NCBI RefSeq assembly: GCF_003018255.1
Contig: NZ_CP027440.1
DNA length: 64,000 bases
Reading direction: 5' to 3' (one strand)
DNA from: Escherichia coli
GTDB lineage: Bacteria > Pseudomonadota > Gammaproteobacteria > Enterobacterales > Enterobacteriaceae
Part shown: positions 1 to 13,024 of the stretch, piece by piece
Position numbering within the stretch: the stretch's first letter is position 1
Layout of the letters: every line of letters begins with the position of its first letter
Position numbers and translations under genes: made by a program
The notes under the pieces: generated by a model
What the model was told of the DNA's origin: nothing
Databases searched by the model: none
The model's input: only the letters and a program-made list of their open reading frames with translations

Positions 1-1
1 T

Positions 2-973
2 CTGGCCGCACTGCGTCGGCTGAAAGAAGATTACCCGGACAAAGTATTGATCGCTTCAATCATGGGCGAAAATGAGCAGCAATGGGAAGAGCTGGCGCGT
101 CTGGTGCAAGAAGCTGGCGCGGATATGATCGAGTGTAACTTCTCCTGTCCGCAAATGACTTCTCATGCGATGGGTAGCGATGTCGGGCAAAGCCCGGAGC
201 TGGTAGAAAAATATTGTCGGGCAGTAAAACGTGGTTCCACGCTGCCAATGCTGGCGAAGATGACGCCGAATATCGGTGATATGTGCGAAGTGGCGCTGGC
301 GGCGAAGCGCGGCGGCGCAGATGGCATTGCGGCGATTAACACCGTTAAATCCATCACCAATATCGATCTTAATCAGAAAATCGGTATGCCGATCGTTAAC
401 GGTAAATCGAGTATTTCCGGATATTCCGGTAAAGCGGTAAAACCGATCGCCCTGCGCTTCATTCAGCAAATGCGTACCCATCCAGAACTGCGCGATTTCC
501 CGATCAGCGGTATCGGCGGCATTGAAACCTGGGAAGATGCGGCGGAGTTTTTATTGCTCGGTGCAGCGACGTTGCAGGTGACCACCGGCATTATGCAGTA
601 CGGGTATCGGATAGTGGAAGATATGGCAAGCGGGTTGTCGCATTATCTCGCCGATCAAGGGTTTGATTCGTTGCAGGAGATGGTAGGTCTGGCGAATAAC
701 AATATTGTCCCGGCGGAAGATTTAGACCGCAGTTATATTGTCTATCCCCATATCAATCTCGATAAATGTGTTGGCTGTGGACGCTGTTATATTTCCTGTT
801 ACGACGGCGGTCACCAGGCGATGGAATGGAGCGAGAAAACCCGTACACCGCATTGTAATACCGAGAAATGTGTTGGTTGCCTGCTTTGTGGTCACGTCTG
901 CCCGGTGGGTTGTATTGATCTCGGAGAAGTGAAGTTTAAGAAGGGAGAGAAAGAACACCCGGTAACGTTGTAA
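2..973 (+). CDS. preA: NAD-dependent dihydropyrimidine dehydrogenase subunit PreA, C-terminal part (5' end lies outside window)
   Basis: Frame is open from window position 2. C-terminus carries two 4Fe-4S ferredoxin motifs ([11 protein letters not shown] and [12 protein letters not shown]). Translation matches E. coli PreA/YeiA. Confidence 0.85.
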   Translation: MAALRRLKEDYPDKVLIASIMGENEQQWEELARLVQEAGADMIECNFSCPQMTSHAMGSDVGQSPELVEKYCRAVKRGSTLPMLAKMTPNIGDMCEVALAAKRGGADGIAAINTVKSITNIDLNQKIGMPIVNGKSSISGYSGKAVKPIALRFIQQMRTHPELRDFPISGIGGIETWEDAAEFLLLGAATLQVTTGIMQYGYRIVEDMASGLSHYLADQGFDSLQEMVGLANNNIVPAEDLDRSYIVYPHINLDKCVGCGRCYISCYDGGHQAMEWSEKTRTPHCNTEKCVGCLLCGHVCPVGCIDLGEVKFKKGEKEHPVTL

Positions 974-983
974 AACCAGAGAC

Positions 984-1030
984 GCATCCGGCATTTGGCA
1001 CCGATTGCCGGATGCGGCGCATCCGGCAAT
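984..1030. repeat. REP-type extragenic palindrome (GCATCCGGCA ... TGCCGGATGC)
   Basis: Inverted GCCGGATGC cores in the convergent preA-mglC spacer, typical of E. coli REP elements. Confidence 0.55.
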
Positions 1031-1043
1031 ACCCACATTCACA

Positions 1044-2054
1044 TCATTTCTTACGCGCGTATTTCAGTGAATCCAGCGCCACGGCGAAGATAATAATCGC
1101 CCCTTTGATGATGTACTGCCAGTATGGGTTTACGCCGATGTACGTCAGGCCATAGTTGATGACGGTAAAAATAATCACCCCGGTCACCACGCCAATCACC
1201 GTCCCTACACCACCGCTGAACGATACACCACCCACCACACATGCCGCGATAGCATCCAACTCATACATAAAGCCGAGGTTGTTGGTGGCAGAGCCGATAC
1301 GTCCGGCTTCTAACATCCCGCCGAAGGCATAGAACACGCCAGACAACGCGTAGATCATCAGCAGGTTCAGGCCGACGTTGACACCAGATACTTTCGCCGC
1401 TTCCGGGTTACCGCCAATGGCAAAAATGTTCTTACCGAAGCGGGTTTTGTTCCACAACACCCAGACGAACGCCACCGCAATCAACGCGTAGAAGGTGATG
1501 TAAGAGAGACGGAAACTCCCCAGCGCGACAAAGCCCTGAGCAAAGGTAGAGAAGCCACTGTCGAAACCAGAAATCGGCGACGCCCCGACAAAGTCGTAAT
1601 AGAGCGAGTTGATGCCATAGACGATGATCATCGTGCCGAGCGTGGTAATGAACGGCGTCACGTTGAGATAGGCGATAATCAGACCGTTGATCAAACCGAT
1701 CACCGCACCAATGGCACAGACAATCAGAATAACCAGCGCAATCGGCATCGTCGCCATTTCCGGGAACACTTTGTTGGCGTTATCCATGGACTGCAATAAC
1801 GTCGCCGCTACTACTGCCGCCAGCCCCACCTGGCGACCTGCAGAAAGGTCGGTCCCCTGGGTGACAATTAACCCTGCCACACCGAGCGCGATAATAATAC
1901 GCACCGATGACTGGGTGAGAATATTACTTAAGTTCAACAGACTTAAAAATGTTGGGTCCTGGAAAATAATAATTGCCAGCAAAACTAAAAGAACGACGTA
2001 AATACCGCCCTCTTTCAGGTAAGTAAGAAAACTTTTCTTATTTAACGCACTCAT
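1044..2054 (-). CDS. mglC: Galactose/methyl-galactoside ABC transporter permease
   Basis: 336-aa polytopic membrane protein, last gene of the mglBAC unit. Confidence 0.93.
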   Translation of the reverse strand: MSALNKKSFLTYLKEGGIYVVLLVLLAIIIFQDPTFLSLLNLSNILTQSSVRIIIALGVAGLIVTQGTDLSAGRQVGLAAVVAATLLQSMDNANKVFPEMATMPIALVILIVCAIGAVIGLINGLIIAYLNVTPFITTLGTMIIVYGINSLYYDFVGASPISGFDSGFSTFAQGFVALGSFRLSYITFYALIAVAFVWVLWNKTRFGKNIFAIGGNPEAAKVSGVNVGLNLLMIYALSGVFYAFGGMLEAGRIGSATNNLGFMYELDAIAACVVGGVSFSGGVGTVIGVVTGVIIFTVINYGLTYIGVNPYWQYIIKGAIIIFAVALDSLKYARKK

Positions 2055-2069
2055 GGGAAGCCCCTAATC

Positions 2070-3590
2070 TTAAAGGTGCAAAGACGCAAGACGCAGAATT
2101 TCGTTTTGCGTTGTTGTTTTTGTATCGACAATTCCGGAAACGAGACCATTGCTCATGACCAGAATACGGTCTGTTATCCCTAACAACTCAGGCATTTCAG
2201 AGGAGATAATAATAATCCCTTTGCCTTTCTTCGCCAGTTCGGCAATTAACTGATAGATCTCAAACTTCGCTCCGACATCAATACCGCGCGTCGGTTCATC
2301 GAGCATTAATATTTCTGGTTGCGTTAGTAGCCAGCGACCAATAATCACCTTTTGCTGATTACCGCCGGAGAGCGAACCAATTTGCGTCCGATGCCCCGGT
2401 GTTTTTACCCGCATCGAATCAATCACCCACTGGGTATCGCTTTTCATCCGCGAGTTATCCAGTAAACCAACTTTATTTTTGTAGTTGCGAATATTGGAAA
2501 TTAACGAGTTAAAACCGATATCCAGATAGGCATAAATTCCCGTTGAGCGGCGCTCTTCAGTTACCAGTGCAAATCCGTGGTTTATGGCTTCGTTGGCATT
2601 ATGGTTATTGATCTTTTTGCCGTGCAACGTAATGGTGCCAGCCGATTTCTCGCGAATACCAAATAACGTCTCAACAATATCGGTACGTTTCGCTCCCACC
2701 AGACCGGCTATACCGAGAATCTCCCCTTTATGCAGATCAAACGAGACATCGCGAATCGACGGCTGGCGCAGCGACGTCAGGTTACGCACTTCAAGAATCA
2801 CTTCGCCCGGCTTGTTTTCTTTGTCAGGGAAACGCTGGTTAAGAGAACGCCCAACCATCATGGCGATGATCTTGTCCATCGTCAGTCCTGCCAGCGGTTC
2901 AGTGGCGATCCACTGACCGTCGCGCAATACGGTAACTTCATCACATAACTGGAAGATTTCTTCCATTTTATGTGAGATATAAACAATACCGCAGCCGCGC
3001 TCTTTTAATTTACGAATAATAGTGAACAGATGATTGACCTCTTTTTCGGTTAACGAAGAAGTCGGTTCATCCATAATCACAATTTTCGCGTTATAGGAAA
3101 ACGCTTTGGCGATTTCGATCATCTGCATTTGCGAAACGGATAATGTGCCGACGCGCGCACGCGGATCGATATCAATATCCAGTTCATCAAAAATCGCTTT
3201 GGTTTCGCGGTACATTTTGTCCTGATCGACAAACATGCCTTTGGTGGGATATCGCCCCAGCCACATGTTGTCCATCACCGAACGTTGTAATACCAGGTTT
3301 AACTCCTGGTGTACCATCGAAATACCATTTTCCAGCGCTTCTTTGGCAGAATGGAAATCGATCTCTTTACCCTGGAATAAAATGGTGCCGGAGTCTTTTT
3401 GATAAATACCAAACAGGCATTTTAATAATGTTGATTTTCCTGCGCCGTTTTCCCCCATTAATGCATGGATAGAATGTGGCCGGACTTTTAAATTAACGTT
3501 ATCAAGTGCCTTAACACCTGGAAAAGACTTGTTGATACCGCTCATTTCCAACAAGTATTCCCCGGAAGACGGAGTCGTTGAGCTGACCAT
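2070..3590 (-). CDS. mglA: Galactose/methyl-galactoside ABC transporter ATP-binding protein (duplicated ABC domains)
   Basis: 506 aa, Walker [10 protein letters not shown], two ABC cassettes. Confidence 0.94.
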   Translation of the reverse strand: MVSSTTPSSGEYLLEMSGINKSFPGVKALDNVNLKVRPHSIHALMGENGAGKSTLLKCLFGIYQKDSGTILFQGKEIDFHSAKEALENGISMVHQELNLVLQRSVMDNMWLGRYPTKGMFVDQDKMYRETKAIFDELDIDIDPRARVGTLSVSQMQMIEIAKAFSYNAKIVIMDEPTSSLTEKEVNHLFTIIRKLKERGCGIVYISHKMEEIFQLCDEVTVLRDGQWIATEPLAGLTMDKIIAMMVGRSLNQRFPDKENKPGEVILEVRNLTSLRQPSIRDVSFDLHKGEILGIAGLVGAKRTDIVETLFGIREKSAGTITLHGKKINNHNANEAINHGFALVTEERRSTGIYAYLDIGFNSLISNIRNYKNKVGLLDNSRMKSDTQWVIDSMRVKTPGHRTQIGSLSGGNQQKVIIGRWLLTQPEILMLDEPTRGIDVGAKFEIYQLIAELAKKGKGIIIISSEMPELLGITDRILVMSNGLVSGIVDTKTTTQNEILRLASLHL

Positions 3591-3619
3591 ATAATTTTAC
3601 CTTGTTGGCCATACAATAA

Positions 3620-3642
3620 GGGCGCAGTAAACGACTGCGCCC
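3620..3642 (-). promoter_or_regulatory. Intercistronic stem-loop between mglB and mglA (9-bp stem GGGCGCAGT/ACTGCGCCC)
   Basis: Perfect inverted repeat in the 60-nt mglB-mglA spacer. Likely mRNA stability or polarity element. Confidence 0.5.
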
Positions 3643-3650
3643 AATCAGTC

Positions 3651-4649
3651 TTATTTCTTGCTGAATTCAGCCAGGTTGTCTTTATCTACGCCAACATAAG
3701 GTACGCGGACCACTTTGTTGTCGATTTTCCAGTTGGTGCCATCAGCCGCACCTTTGCCATCGGCCAGGTTTTTCGCCAGATCAAAGGTCGCTTTCGCCTG
3801 GTTGTTAGCATCGTTCAGTACGGTGCCCGCCAGTGCACCGGATTTCACCAGCGCCAGCGCTTCTGGCAGCGCATCGACGCCAAACACCGGAATGCTGGAC
3901 TTGTTGTGTGCTTTCAGTGCTTCTACCGCGCCCATTGCCATCGCATCGTTGTTGGCGATAACCACTTCGATTTTGTTGGCGTTCGGGCCAGACAGCCAGG
4001 CGTCCATCTTATCTTTCGCCTGAGCGGTATCCCACATAGCGGTATCTAACTGTAACTGTTCAGTTTTGATGCCTTTGTCGTTCAATTCTTTAATCACGTA
4101 AGTGGTACGTGCTTCTGCATCCGGATGGCCCGGCTCACCTTTCAGCAGTACGAACTGAATCTGACCGTCTTTGTTCAGATCCCAACCCTGATTCGCCGCC
4201 CAGTGTTTAGCAATCAAATCGCCCTGAATAATGCCGGACTCTTTGGAGTCAGTGCCAACGTAGTAGGCTTTGTCGTAGCTATCCAGCGCCTTACGAGACG
4301 GTTCTTTGTTGAAGAAAACCACCGGCACGTTTTGCCCACGCGCTTTCTCAATCACCGTACCCGCAGCTGCCGGGTCAACCAGGTTGATTGCCAGTGCCTT
4401 CACCCCTTTCGCCAGCAATACGTCGATCTGATCGTTCTGCTTGGACTGGTCATTCTGAGAATCATTCATCAGCAGCTGAACATCTGGCGCGGCTTTCGCA
4501 TCTTGCTCAATAGCCTTGCGCACCACAGACATAAAGTTATCGTCGTACTTATAGATTGTTACACCAATGCGAGTATCAGCAGCGTGTGCAGCGGCACCGA
4601 ATAACATGCTGGCCATCACAGCAGACAGGGTTAACACCTTCTTATTCAT
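3651..4649 (-). CDS. mglB: Periplasmic D-galactose/D-glucose-binding protein
   Basis: 332 aa with N-terminal signal peptide ([23 protein letters not shown]). Confidence 0.95.
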   Translation of the reverse strand: MNKKVLTLSAVMASMLFGAAAHAADTRIGVTIYKYDDNFMSVVRKAIEQDAKAAPDVQLLMNDSQNDQSKQNDQIDVLLAKGVKALAINLVDPAAAGTVIEKARGQNVPVVFFNKEPSRKALDSYDKAYYVGTDSKESGIIQGDLIAKHWAANQGWDLNKDGQIQFVLLKGEPGHPDAEARTTYVIKELNDKGIKTEQLQLDTAMWDTAQAKDKMDAWLSGPNANKIEVVIANNDAMAMGAVEALKAHNKSSIPVFGVDALPEALALVKSGALAGTVLNDANNQAKATFDLAKNLADGKGAADGTNWKIDNKVVRVPYVGVDKDNLAEFSKK

Positions 4650-4900
4650 GGTATCTCCGGTTTTTCTTATGCAGGGTAGTGCTTGAGATAAATGCTCGGC
4701 GGGGCAGTAGAGTTAATGAAGTGTTACTGAACGCCGAAGCTCACTTTTTAAAATTCGTTCTTCCATGCCCGGTAACGCTCCAGAAAACGGCTTTAATTGT
4801 TGTTATGACGCTATTACCTCGGTGAAAGTGATTATTCACTGTTACATACGGGTTACAACGTTAAAACGGTGCAATCATAGCTATCACATTGTTAAGATAC

Positions 4901-4916
4901 TGTGAAATCACTCACA
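4901..4916. promoter_or_regulatory. CRP-like site TGTGA-N6-TCACA in the mglB upstream region
   Basis: Perfect match to both CRP half-sites. Lies about 250 nt upstream of the mglB ATG and close to the galS stop, so its role is uncertain. Confidence 0.4.
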
Positions 4917-4928
4917 GATTGAAAGCGG

Positions 4929-5969
4929 TTACATCGCCAGATTTGTTGAGTTAGTGATCGCCGCCGCATTCTGGCGCGTTGCGACAGAATGGCGACGCAC
5001 TAACGTCGGCATAAAACAGTGGCTGGCACGCGGATCAATATTGCCTGCTGCCCCCTGCAAGGCCAGTTCGGTGGCTAATTTAGCCATTGAAGCAATGGGA
5101 TAACGCACAGTCGTTAATTGCGGGTCGGTGTAACGGGCGATGGGAATATCATCGAAACCGATGATGGAGAGATGTAACGGAATCGCAATGCCATTATCTT
5201 TTAATGCTGTCAGTGCGCCAGCGGCCATATTGTCGTTATAAGCAAATACAGCGGTAAGTTGTAGATTGCGCCCCAGCAGTTCAACCATCGCCGCCTCACC
5301 GCCCGGCATGTCCGGCGTACCTGTGCCAATCCAGCTTTCCGGCGGAATAATATCCTGCTCTTTCAACGCACTCATCCAGCCTGCTTTACGCATGGCGTCA
5401 TCTTCAATGCCGTGACTGGAAGAAAGATAACCAATACGTTGATGACCGTTATTCAGCAACATGCGCGTCGCCATTCGGGCACCGCTGAGATTATCCAGGC
5501 AAACGCAACGATGGGCGTACCCCGGCACAACGCGGTTGATTAACACCATACCAGGAATGTTATCCATAAATTGTGCCAGTTCATCATCACTCAATGCTTT
5601 TGAGTGAACAATCAACGCATTACACCGCTGGCGAATTAACACCTCAATGGCGTGACGCTCTTTTTCCGCTTCATGATAGCTATTGCCTATTAGCACGTAT
5701 TTCTGATGCTGCTGGGCGACCAAATCCACCGCTTTTACCAGCGCACCAAAAAACGCATCAGAAACGTCCATCACCACCACGCCAATGGTATCGCTAACCT
5801 GAGTTGCCAGCGCCTGGGCATTGGCGTTTGGCCGATAATCCAGCTCACTCACGGCTTTCATTACTGCTTCACGCGTGTCGGCACTGACCAGCGTGCTGTT
5901 ATTGAGCACCCGGGAAACCGTTGCCACAGAGACGCCAGCCTGACGCGCTACATCACGAATGGTGATCAT
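4929..5969 (-). CDS. galS: LacI-family repressor GalS (mgl/gal isorepressor)
   Basis: N-terminal LacI HTH ([23 protein letters not shown]). Start trimmed to the ATG giving 346 aa; the ORF-track start is a GTG two codons upstream. Confidence 0.9.
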   Translation of the reverse strand: MITIRDVARQAGVSVATVSRVLNNSTLVSADTREAVMKAVSELDYRPNANAQALATQVSDTIGVVVMDVSDAFFGALVKAVDLVAQQHQKYVLIGNSYHEAEKERHAIEVLIRQRCNALIVHSKALSDDELAQFMDNIPGMVLINRVVPGYAHRCVCLDNLSGARMATRMLLNNGHQRIGYLSSSHGIEDDAMRKAGWMSALKEQDIIPPESWIGTGTPDMPGGEAAMVELLGRNLQLTAVFAYNDNMAAGALTALKDNGIAIPLHLSIIGFDDIPIARYTDPQLTTVRYPIASMAKLATELALQGAAGNIDPRASHCFMPTLVRRHSVATRQNAAAITNSTNLAM

Positions 5970-6045
5970 ATTCACTACCTGTTATGAGATTGCAGTAAAT
6001 GACTGCTTGCTGGCGGCTATTTTGTCAGCACTGAATACAGGACTT

Positions 6046-6080
6046 CGTGAATCGAGTCACAGCAATGGAAACGGTTACAG
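6046..6080. promoter_or_regulatory. galS promoter elements: CRP-like site (cGTGAatcgagTCACA, 6046-6061) and gal-operator-like ATGGAAACGGTTACAG (6065-6080)
   Basis: Motifs read directly upstream of galS. Operator assignment rests on resemblance to GalR/GalS operators. Confidence 0.45.
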
Positions 6081-6110
6081 CCGTTTTGTTAACGAATGTG
6101 ATCCAGATCG

Positions 6111-7268
6111 TTATCTTGATGTTTTAGATCTTGCCGGCCCAGCTGCACGCAAAGTTAACTGACGCCAGAGCCATTCCACCGGCCCCTGGCGGAAGTAACG
6201 CAGCCAGATAACAGAGAAGAGGATATTCGCCAGCCATACCGGAATAACAAACGCCAGCAGCTCCAGGCGGTCAAAATGCATAAACAAACCGAGGTGGTAA
6301 AAAAGCGTGGTACAAATCAGCGTTTGCAATAGATAGTTGGTCAGCGCCATCCGTCCGACGCAGGCGATCGCAAGCACCAGCTTAAAGCGGCTCAATTGCG
6401 GCCAGAAGCCATAAAACAGCGACGCATAGCCAATCGCCTGAAACGGCGCACTCAGTTCCCGCGGCATCTGAAGTAAAAAGGCACACCAGCGATACGCCCA
6501 GTCCAGCTGCCATTGCAGGGCGATGGCAGGAAGGTTAATGGTCACCCCAATCGCCACCAGCACAAAACCAGTACGACGATAGTGACGTAAGCTGAACTGC
6601 CCTTTCAGCCAGCCGCTGCGCATCAGCGCCGCACCAATGAGCATCATCCCTGCCAGTTGCCAGCCATACTGTGCGCCCAGTGCCAGTAAACTGTTGCCAA
6701 CACCATCGGCACGATTACTGATCGCTTCAACACCACCGTGAAGTTTCCAGTACTTTTCATACAAAATAGCCGATGCATCAGGTGTCCAGGCGCGGCTGGT
6801 CTGGCTATCGGAAATCAACCCCAATAACAGCAAAACGCCAAGCCCCACCAGATAAAGCATGACGCCGGTATTAAACAGGCTTTTTACCGATGGCGCATCG
6901 CGCACCAGCCGCCAGCAGATTAAGCCCACCAGCCCGTAAGCCAGCAGAATATCGCCGTCCCAGAACAATAAACCGTGAATAAAGCCCAGCAAGACTAACA
7001 GCGTTAACCGCGACTGGATCCAGCGTCTGCCACGGGGCAGCAACATTTGCAGGCCAGCACCAAACAGCAGCGCAAAAAGCGTGAGGAATTTCACCTGGCC
7101 GATGAGATCGAGAAATGCCCAGGTCCATGCATCCTGCGGCGTAATAGCGCCGTACCAGGCGGGATTAAGATAAGCCGCCTTTGGTAGCCCAAAGGCGCTG
7201 ATGTTTAATAGCAGGATCCCCAGAATGGCGACGCCGCGAACAAAATCGAGCGTGACGTTGCGCCCCAT
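6111..7268 (-). CDS. yeiB: Inner-membrane protein YeiB (DUF418 family)
   Basis: 385-aa polytopic membrane protein immediately downstream of folE (16-nt gap). Confidence 0.88.
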   Translation of the reverse strand: MGRNVTLDFVRGVAILGILLLNISAFGLPKAAYLNPAWYGAITPQDAWTWAFLDLIGQVKFLTLFALLFGAGLQMLLPRGRRWIQSRLTLLVLLGFIHGLLFWDGDILLAYGLVGLICWRLVRDAPSVKSLFNTGVMLYLVGLGVLLLLGLISDSQTSRAWTPDASAILYEKYWKLHGGVEAISNRADGVGNSLLALGAQYGWQLAGMMLIGAALMRSGWLKGQFSLRHYRRTGFVLVAIGVTINLPAIALQWQLDWAYRWCAFLLQMPRELSAPFQAIGYASLFYGFWPQLSRFKLVLAIACVGRMALTNYLLQTLICTTLFYHLGLFMHFDRLELLAFVIPVWLANILFSVIWLRYFRQGPVEWLWRQLTLRAAGPARSKTSR

Positions 7269-7284
7269 GGTTCCTGCCTTTTAA

Positions 7285-7953
7285 TCAGTTGTGATGACGC
7301 ACAGCGCGCAGAAATTCGTGGCGCGTATTCTGACTGGATTTGAACAATCCACCAAGAGAGGTCGTTGTTGTGGCACTGGTTGCGTCGCGGATGCCACGCG
7401 CTTTCACGCAGTAATGCACCGCGTCGATAGAGACAGCCACGTTATTGGTGCCCAGCAGCGTTTGTAGCGCAATGAGAATTTGCTGGGTCAGACGTTCCTG
7501 TACCTGTGGGCGCTGGGCAAAGAACTGCACGATGCGGTTAATTTTTGACAGACCGATCACCGAATCTTTCGGGATATAAGCCACCGTCGCTTTGCCATCG
7601 ATGGTAACAAAATGGTGTTCACAGGTGCTGGTCAGGGTGATATCGCGCACGGTGACCATTTCATCGACCTTCATTTTGTTTTCAATGAGGGTGATTTTCG
7701 GGAAATTGGCGTAATCCAGACCGGAGAAAATTTCATCGACATACATTTTAGCGATGCGATGCGGCGTTTCCATCAAACTGTCATCAGCCAGGTCGAGATT
7801 CAGCAGCTGCATGATTTCGGTCATATGACCAGCAATAAGGCTTTTGCGCGTTTCGTTATCCATTTCATGCACGGGCGGGCGCAGCGGTGTTTCCAGTCCT
7901 CGCGCAACTAACGCTTCATGAACCAGGGCCGCTTCTTTACTGAGTGATGGCAT
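7285..7953 (-). CDS. folE: GTP cyclohydrolase I
   Basis: 222 aa, matches E. coli FolE ([15 protein letters not shown]...). Confidence 0.94.
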
Positions 7954-8177
7954 TTATGATTTCTCCTGCAGGTGTGACGCCTCCGCCCTGCGTGGGGGCA
8001 AAGTTATTAAGCTGATTTACAGCCTGATTATTGTGCGTGAGGCGGCGCACATAATCCAGTATTCACAGCGATAATTATTGTAATTGCCGCTGCCTTTCAT
8101 CAGCAGATGTTAAAACATCGTTATGCAAATACGGAAGTGAAAGTTACTCACAGCACATTGAATAAACGGTATGATGA

Positions 8178-9047
<870 letters not shown>

Positions 9048-9053
9048 AAGTCC

Positions 9054-9069
9054 GCCCGGTTCGCCGGGC
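9054..9069. terminator. Short GC hairpin (GCCCGG-ttcg-CCGGGC) between convergent yeiG and cirA
   Basis: 6-bp perfect stem. Flanking U-tracts are weak. Confidence 0.3.
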
Positions 9070-9078
9070 ATCTTCTCA

Positions 9079-11058
9079 TCAGAAGCGATAATCCACTGCC
9101 ATAAAGTAACGACGTCCGTCTTCGTTATAGCTGTAGTCGTCACGACTGAGATCCTTGTCGCCAAGGTTCAGCACGCCTGCGCGCAGTTTGACGTCTTTAG
9201 TCACCTGCCAGGCCGCACCGGTATTCCAGATGGTATAACCGCCCGGTGTTTTAGCCGTCGCGCTGTCGGCGCGTTTCTGCCCGGTATAGTGTCCGGAAAC
9301 ATAGAATGACCAGTCTTCCAGCGCCAGCGGTTTCCAGTCCAGCGTACCGTTAGCGGTATGGAACGGCAGATCGGATAAAGGTTTATTTTCGCCGTTGCTG
9401 ACATCACGACCATCGTTGTAGGTGTAGTTGAGTGACAGTTTCCATTCATCGTTGAACGGAATTTTCAGCTCGGTTTCCACGCCCTGAATACGTGCTTTGT
9501 TAACGTTGTAGTAGCTAAATACCGGCACACCGTTCGCTGTAAAACCAACAAAGTTTTGGTAGCCTGGTGCAGCATTGACGTCAGACGTACGGCTGATGCT
9601 GATACGATCTTTCACATCGTTACGGAAAACGGTAACGCTGGATTCAACCCCTTCCAGCCAGCCTTCTTCGCCCATGTAGTAAAGCCCCAGCTCCCAACTT
9701 TCGCTGGTTTCTGGTTTCAGATCCGGGCTACCCACAATCTTACATGCGCCACGGCAGGAATTGCTCGTCCAGTCAGGGCTAAGTTGCAACAGAGAAGGTG
9801 CTTTAAATGCCGTCGCCCAGCCCCCTTTCACCGTTACGGTGTCGGTGGCGTTATAAACCAGGTAGGCACGCGGACTCCAGTGTTCACCGTAGGTTTCATG
9901 ATCGTCCATACGTACGCCGGTCGTCAGCGCCAGCGGCTCGAAGATCCGCCATTCATCTTCAACAAATAGCGCGTACTGGCTGGCAGATGTTTTGGAGCTG
10001 GTTCCCCCAGTCAGGTTCACCGCATCGCTAAGTTTGTCGTGACGCCATTCACCGCCAACCGTGAGAAACTGATTAATCGCCGTCAGCGGCAACGTGTATT
10101 TGCCGTCGACCGTATTGCTTTCGGAAGTTATCGGGCTGCTGTTGCCAGGGTTTTTGTTCTCGACTTTCTCACCGTAGTATTTCAGTTCGCTGGTGCCGTA
10201 ATCCCAACGCCCATTATGGCTGACGGAGTAGTTCTGGCGTTCCAGGCGGTTTTTGTCCAGCGAGTCGGAATCACGATCCTGACGGTCGAAACCGTATCCG
10301 GCAGTAAAATCGTGATTTTGATTCGGTGTCCAGGCAAATTCGACATTGCCGTCGCGGCTGGAGAATCCTTCAATACGCGGCGTTTCTCCGGTATCGGTGG
10401 TCGTTGAGTTTTGCGGGTCATCCTTTTCACGTTTTGCCAGGCTGCCGTAAGCTTTCATTCCCAGCACGCCGTCAATTAATGGTCCGCTGGTAAAGAATTG
10501 ACCGTTATAGGTATCACCGCGATCGCGATGTTCCTGAACGGTGGTATCGACGGTAACGGTGCCCGACCATTTCTGACCGATTTTTTTGGTGATGATATTC
10601 ACTACACCGCCGAGCGCATCGGAACCGTACAGCGACGACATCGGGCCACGGACCACTTCAATACGTTCGATGGAATCGACCGGGATCCAGTTCAGATCGA
10701 AATCATTGTGGCGGAAGACGGCATTGCGGGAGTTAACGCGTTTACCGTCGACGAGAATCAGGGTGTAGCTGCTGTCCAGACCACGAATACTAACGCCCTT
10801 ACGGTTATCCCCTTCGTTCGTCAGTTGTACGCCAGGCACTTCTTTGAGGACATCCTTCAGATTCTGTACCGGTTTTCGCTGCAGGTCTTCCTGGGTAATG
10901 ACGCTGATACTGGCAGGTGCATCTTTAAGGTTTTGCTCAACGGAAGATGCAGTGACAACCATCGTTTCGCCATCATCATCGACCGCTAACACAGGCCATG
11001 CACAAGAAATAGCGGACAAACACAGCCCGACCCGTACGAAAGGGTTCAACCTAAACAT
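9079..11058 (-). CDS. cirA: TonB-dependent catecholate siderophore receptor / colicin I receptor
   Basis: N-terminal signal peptide and TonB box (ETMVVTA). C-terminal ...AVDYRF barrel terminus. Confidence 0.93.
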   Translation of the reverse strand: MFRLNPFVRVGLCLSAISCAWPVLAVDDDGETMVVTASSVEQNLKDAPASISVITQEDLQRKPVQNLKDVLKEVPGVQLTNEGDNRKGVSIRGLDSSYTLILVDGKRVNSRNAVFRHNDFDLNWIPVDSIERIEVVRGPMSSLYGSDALGGVVNIITKKIGQKWSGTVTVDTTVQEHRDRGDTYNGQFFTSGPLIDGVLGMKAYGSLAKREKDDPQNSTTTDTGETPRIEGFSSRDGNVEFAWTPNQNHDFTAGYGFDRQDRDSDSLDKNRLERQNYSVSHNGRWDYGTSELKYYGEKVENKNPGNSSPITSESNTVDGKYTLPLTAINQFLTVGGEWRHDKLSDAVNLTGGTSSKTSASQYALFVEDEWRIFEPLALTTGVRMDDHETYGEHWSPRAYLVYNATDTVTVKGGWATAFKAPSLLQLSPDWTSNSCRGACKIVGSPDLKPETSESWELGLYYMGEEGWLEGVESSVTVFRNDVKDRISISRTSDVNAAPGYQNFVGFTANGVPVFSYYNVNKARIQGVETELKIPFNDEWKLSLNYTYNDGRDVSNGENKPLSDLPFHTANGTLDWKPLALEDWSFYVSGHYTGQKRADSATAKTPGGYTIWNTGAAWQVTKDVKLRAGVLNLGDKDLSRDDYSYNEDGRRYFMAVDYRF

Positions 11059-11227
11059 TCCATATCTCCATGAGGTAACTACGAAAATAAAATGGGTTAT
11101 CGCTCACATCTTCTTCACGTCCCCTTGCGTACGGCAGCATCGCGGTGGACTTATTTGTATGCAGGTGATCATCCCAGAAAGCCGGAACAGCCTCTGATTT
11201 GTCAGCCTTTTTTGATTGCGGCGTAAC

Positions 11228-11252
11228 GATAATGCAAACGATAACAATTATC
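11228..11252 (-). promoter_or_regulatory. Fur-box-like sequence (GATAATtgttatcgtttgCATTATC on the minus strand) in the cirA leader
   Basis: GATAAT/ATTATC hexamer array typical of Fur boxes. cirA is a known Fur-regulated gene. Confidence 0.5.
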
Positions 11253-11303
11253 AATCCAAATGTTAAATTTTATATCCGCATGATTTGTCAGGGAAATGGA
11301 ATT

Positions 11304-11330
11304 GAAAAAGCCCTCTCGGTTGAGAGGGCT
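11304..11330 (-). terminator. Rho-independent terminator of lysP
   Basis: Stem AGCCCTCTC/GAGAGGGCT followed by a U-run on the minus strand, 21 nt past the lysP stop. Confidence 0.7.
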
Positions 11331-11350
11331 TAGCAAGGAAGCGAGGAAAC

Positions 11351-12820
11351 TTATTTCTTATCGTTCTGCGGGAACTTCATTTCGCTGTAGCGTACGAAGT
11401 GAGTTCCTTTAATCAGCTTGTAGCCGAACCAAATAATCAGGAACAGCGGGATACCAATATACGTTGCCGCTACGCCGCCCCAGTCAATGGTATCTTTCAG
11501 GAACGCTTCGTAGTTCTGGCCCAAAGTGATAATCAGACACAGAATGAATGCGAAGATCGGCCCCAGTGGGAAGAAACCTGAACGGTACGGCAGATCGTTA
11601 ATGTCGTGTCCCTGCAATACGTAACCGCGACGGAAGCGATAGTGGCTAATGGCAATCCCCAGCCAGGCGATAAAACCCGTCATCCCGGAGGTGTTCAGCA
11701 GCCACAGGTATACCGTCTGGTTGCCAAACATGGAGGTCAGGAAGCACAAACCGGCAATCACCGTCGTCGCATACAGCGCATTACGCGGCACGCCACCACG
11801 CGACAGTTTAGCGAAAATGCGCGGCGCTTTACCGTCACACGCCAGGGTATACAGCATACGAGTAGACGCATACATACCGGAGTTACCTGCTGACAGCACC
11901 GCCGTCAGAATAACTGCGTTCATCACCGCCGCCGCAGAGAGCAGACCCGCGTGCTGGAACACCAGGGTGAACGGACTGACGCTGATGTCTTTAACATCGT
12001 TACGCAGCAGGCTCGGATCGGTATACGGAATAATCAGGCTGATAATCAGGATCGCGAACACATAGAACAACAGGATTCGCCAGAATACCTGACGTACCGC
12101 GCGTGGAATGTTTTTCGCCGGATCTTCGGACTCGCCTGCAGCAATACCGATCAGCTCGGTTCCCTGGAAAGAGAAGCCGACAATCATAGCTACGCCGATC
12201 ATCGCCGCAAAACCACCAGCAAACGGCGCTTCGCCGATTGTCCAGTTGCTCCAGCCCGCAGGCTGCGCGCCTTTGAAGATACCGATAATCATCAGCACGC
12301 CAACGATGATAAAGACAATAACTGTCGTGACTTTGATCAGTGAGAACCAGTATTCCGCTTCACCAAAGCCACGAACTGAGATGTAGTTCAGCAGGAAGAT
12401 AACGCCGAGGAACAGCGCACTCCAGATCCAGCCCGGTGTATCCGGGAACCACCAGCTCATGACCAGCTGAGCTGCAACCAGGTCAACGGCGATAGTCACC
12501 GCCCAGTTGTACCAGTAGTTCCAGCCCAGCGCGAAGCCAAAGCCTTCTTCAACATAGTTCTGACCGTAAGTGGCAAACGAACCGGAAACCGGCATATATG
12601 CAGCCAGTTCACCGAGACTGGTCATCAGGAAGTAAACCATCAGGCCAATCAACATATACGAGAGCAATGCCCCGCCCGGACCTGCCTGAGAAATCGTTGC
12701 GCCAGAGGCAACAAAAAGACCTGTACCGATGGAACCGCCAATGGCAATCATCGTCAGGTGACGCGCCTTTAATTCACGGCGTAAGCCCGGCGCTTCTGTG
12801 GTTTTAGTTTCGGAAACCAT
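11351..12820 (-). CDS. lysP: Lysine-specific permease (APC family)
   Basis: 489 aa, 12-TM amino-acid permease, matches LysP. Confidence 0.94.
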   Translation of the reverse strand: MVSETKTTEAPGLRRELKARHLTMIAIGGSIGTGLFVASGATISQAGPGGALLSYMLIGLMVYFLMTSLGELAAYMPVSGSFATYGQNYVEEGFGFALGWNYWYNWAVTIAVDLVAAQLVMSWWFPDTPGWIWSALFLGVIFLLNYISVRGFGEAEYWFSLIKVTTVIVFIIVGVLMIIGIFKGAQPAGWSNWTIGEAPFAGGFAAMIGVAMIVGFSFQGTELIGIAAGESEDPAKNIPRAVRQVFWRILLFYVFAILIISLIIPYTDPSLLRNDVKDISVSPFTLVFQHAGLLSAAAVMNAVILTAVLSAGNSGMYASTRMLYTLACDGKAPRIFAKLSRGGVPRNALYATTVIAGLCFLTSMFGNQTVYLWLLNTSGMTGFIAWLGIAISHYRFRRGYVLQGHDINDLPYRSGFFPLGPIFAFILCLIITLGQNYEAFLKDTIDWGGVAATYIGIPLFLIIWFGYKLIKGTHFVRYSEMKFPQNDKK

Positions 12821-13024
12821 ACAAAAATGCTATCCATCTTAAAAATGAGGCGCGATTGTAGCAGACGATTGGCAATCCTTCCGGCAGAAATACACGGTTA
12901 TAAGACACCTTCATGATCGCCCAGGGATTATAAGTAAAGCAGCCAATCTCTTTTCTGGCGAATGCATGCTGAGGGCGCTGCGTCACGAAATCGACACAGC
13001 ACCAGCATGTTCTTGTACAGCAAC

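Noticed and set aside
11051-11254. 67-aa ORF in the cirA leader region
   Set aside because: It overlaps the cirA start and the Fur-box-like sequence. The translation is hydrophobic low-complexity with no RBS context, so it is more likely untranslated leader.
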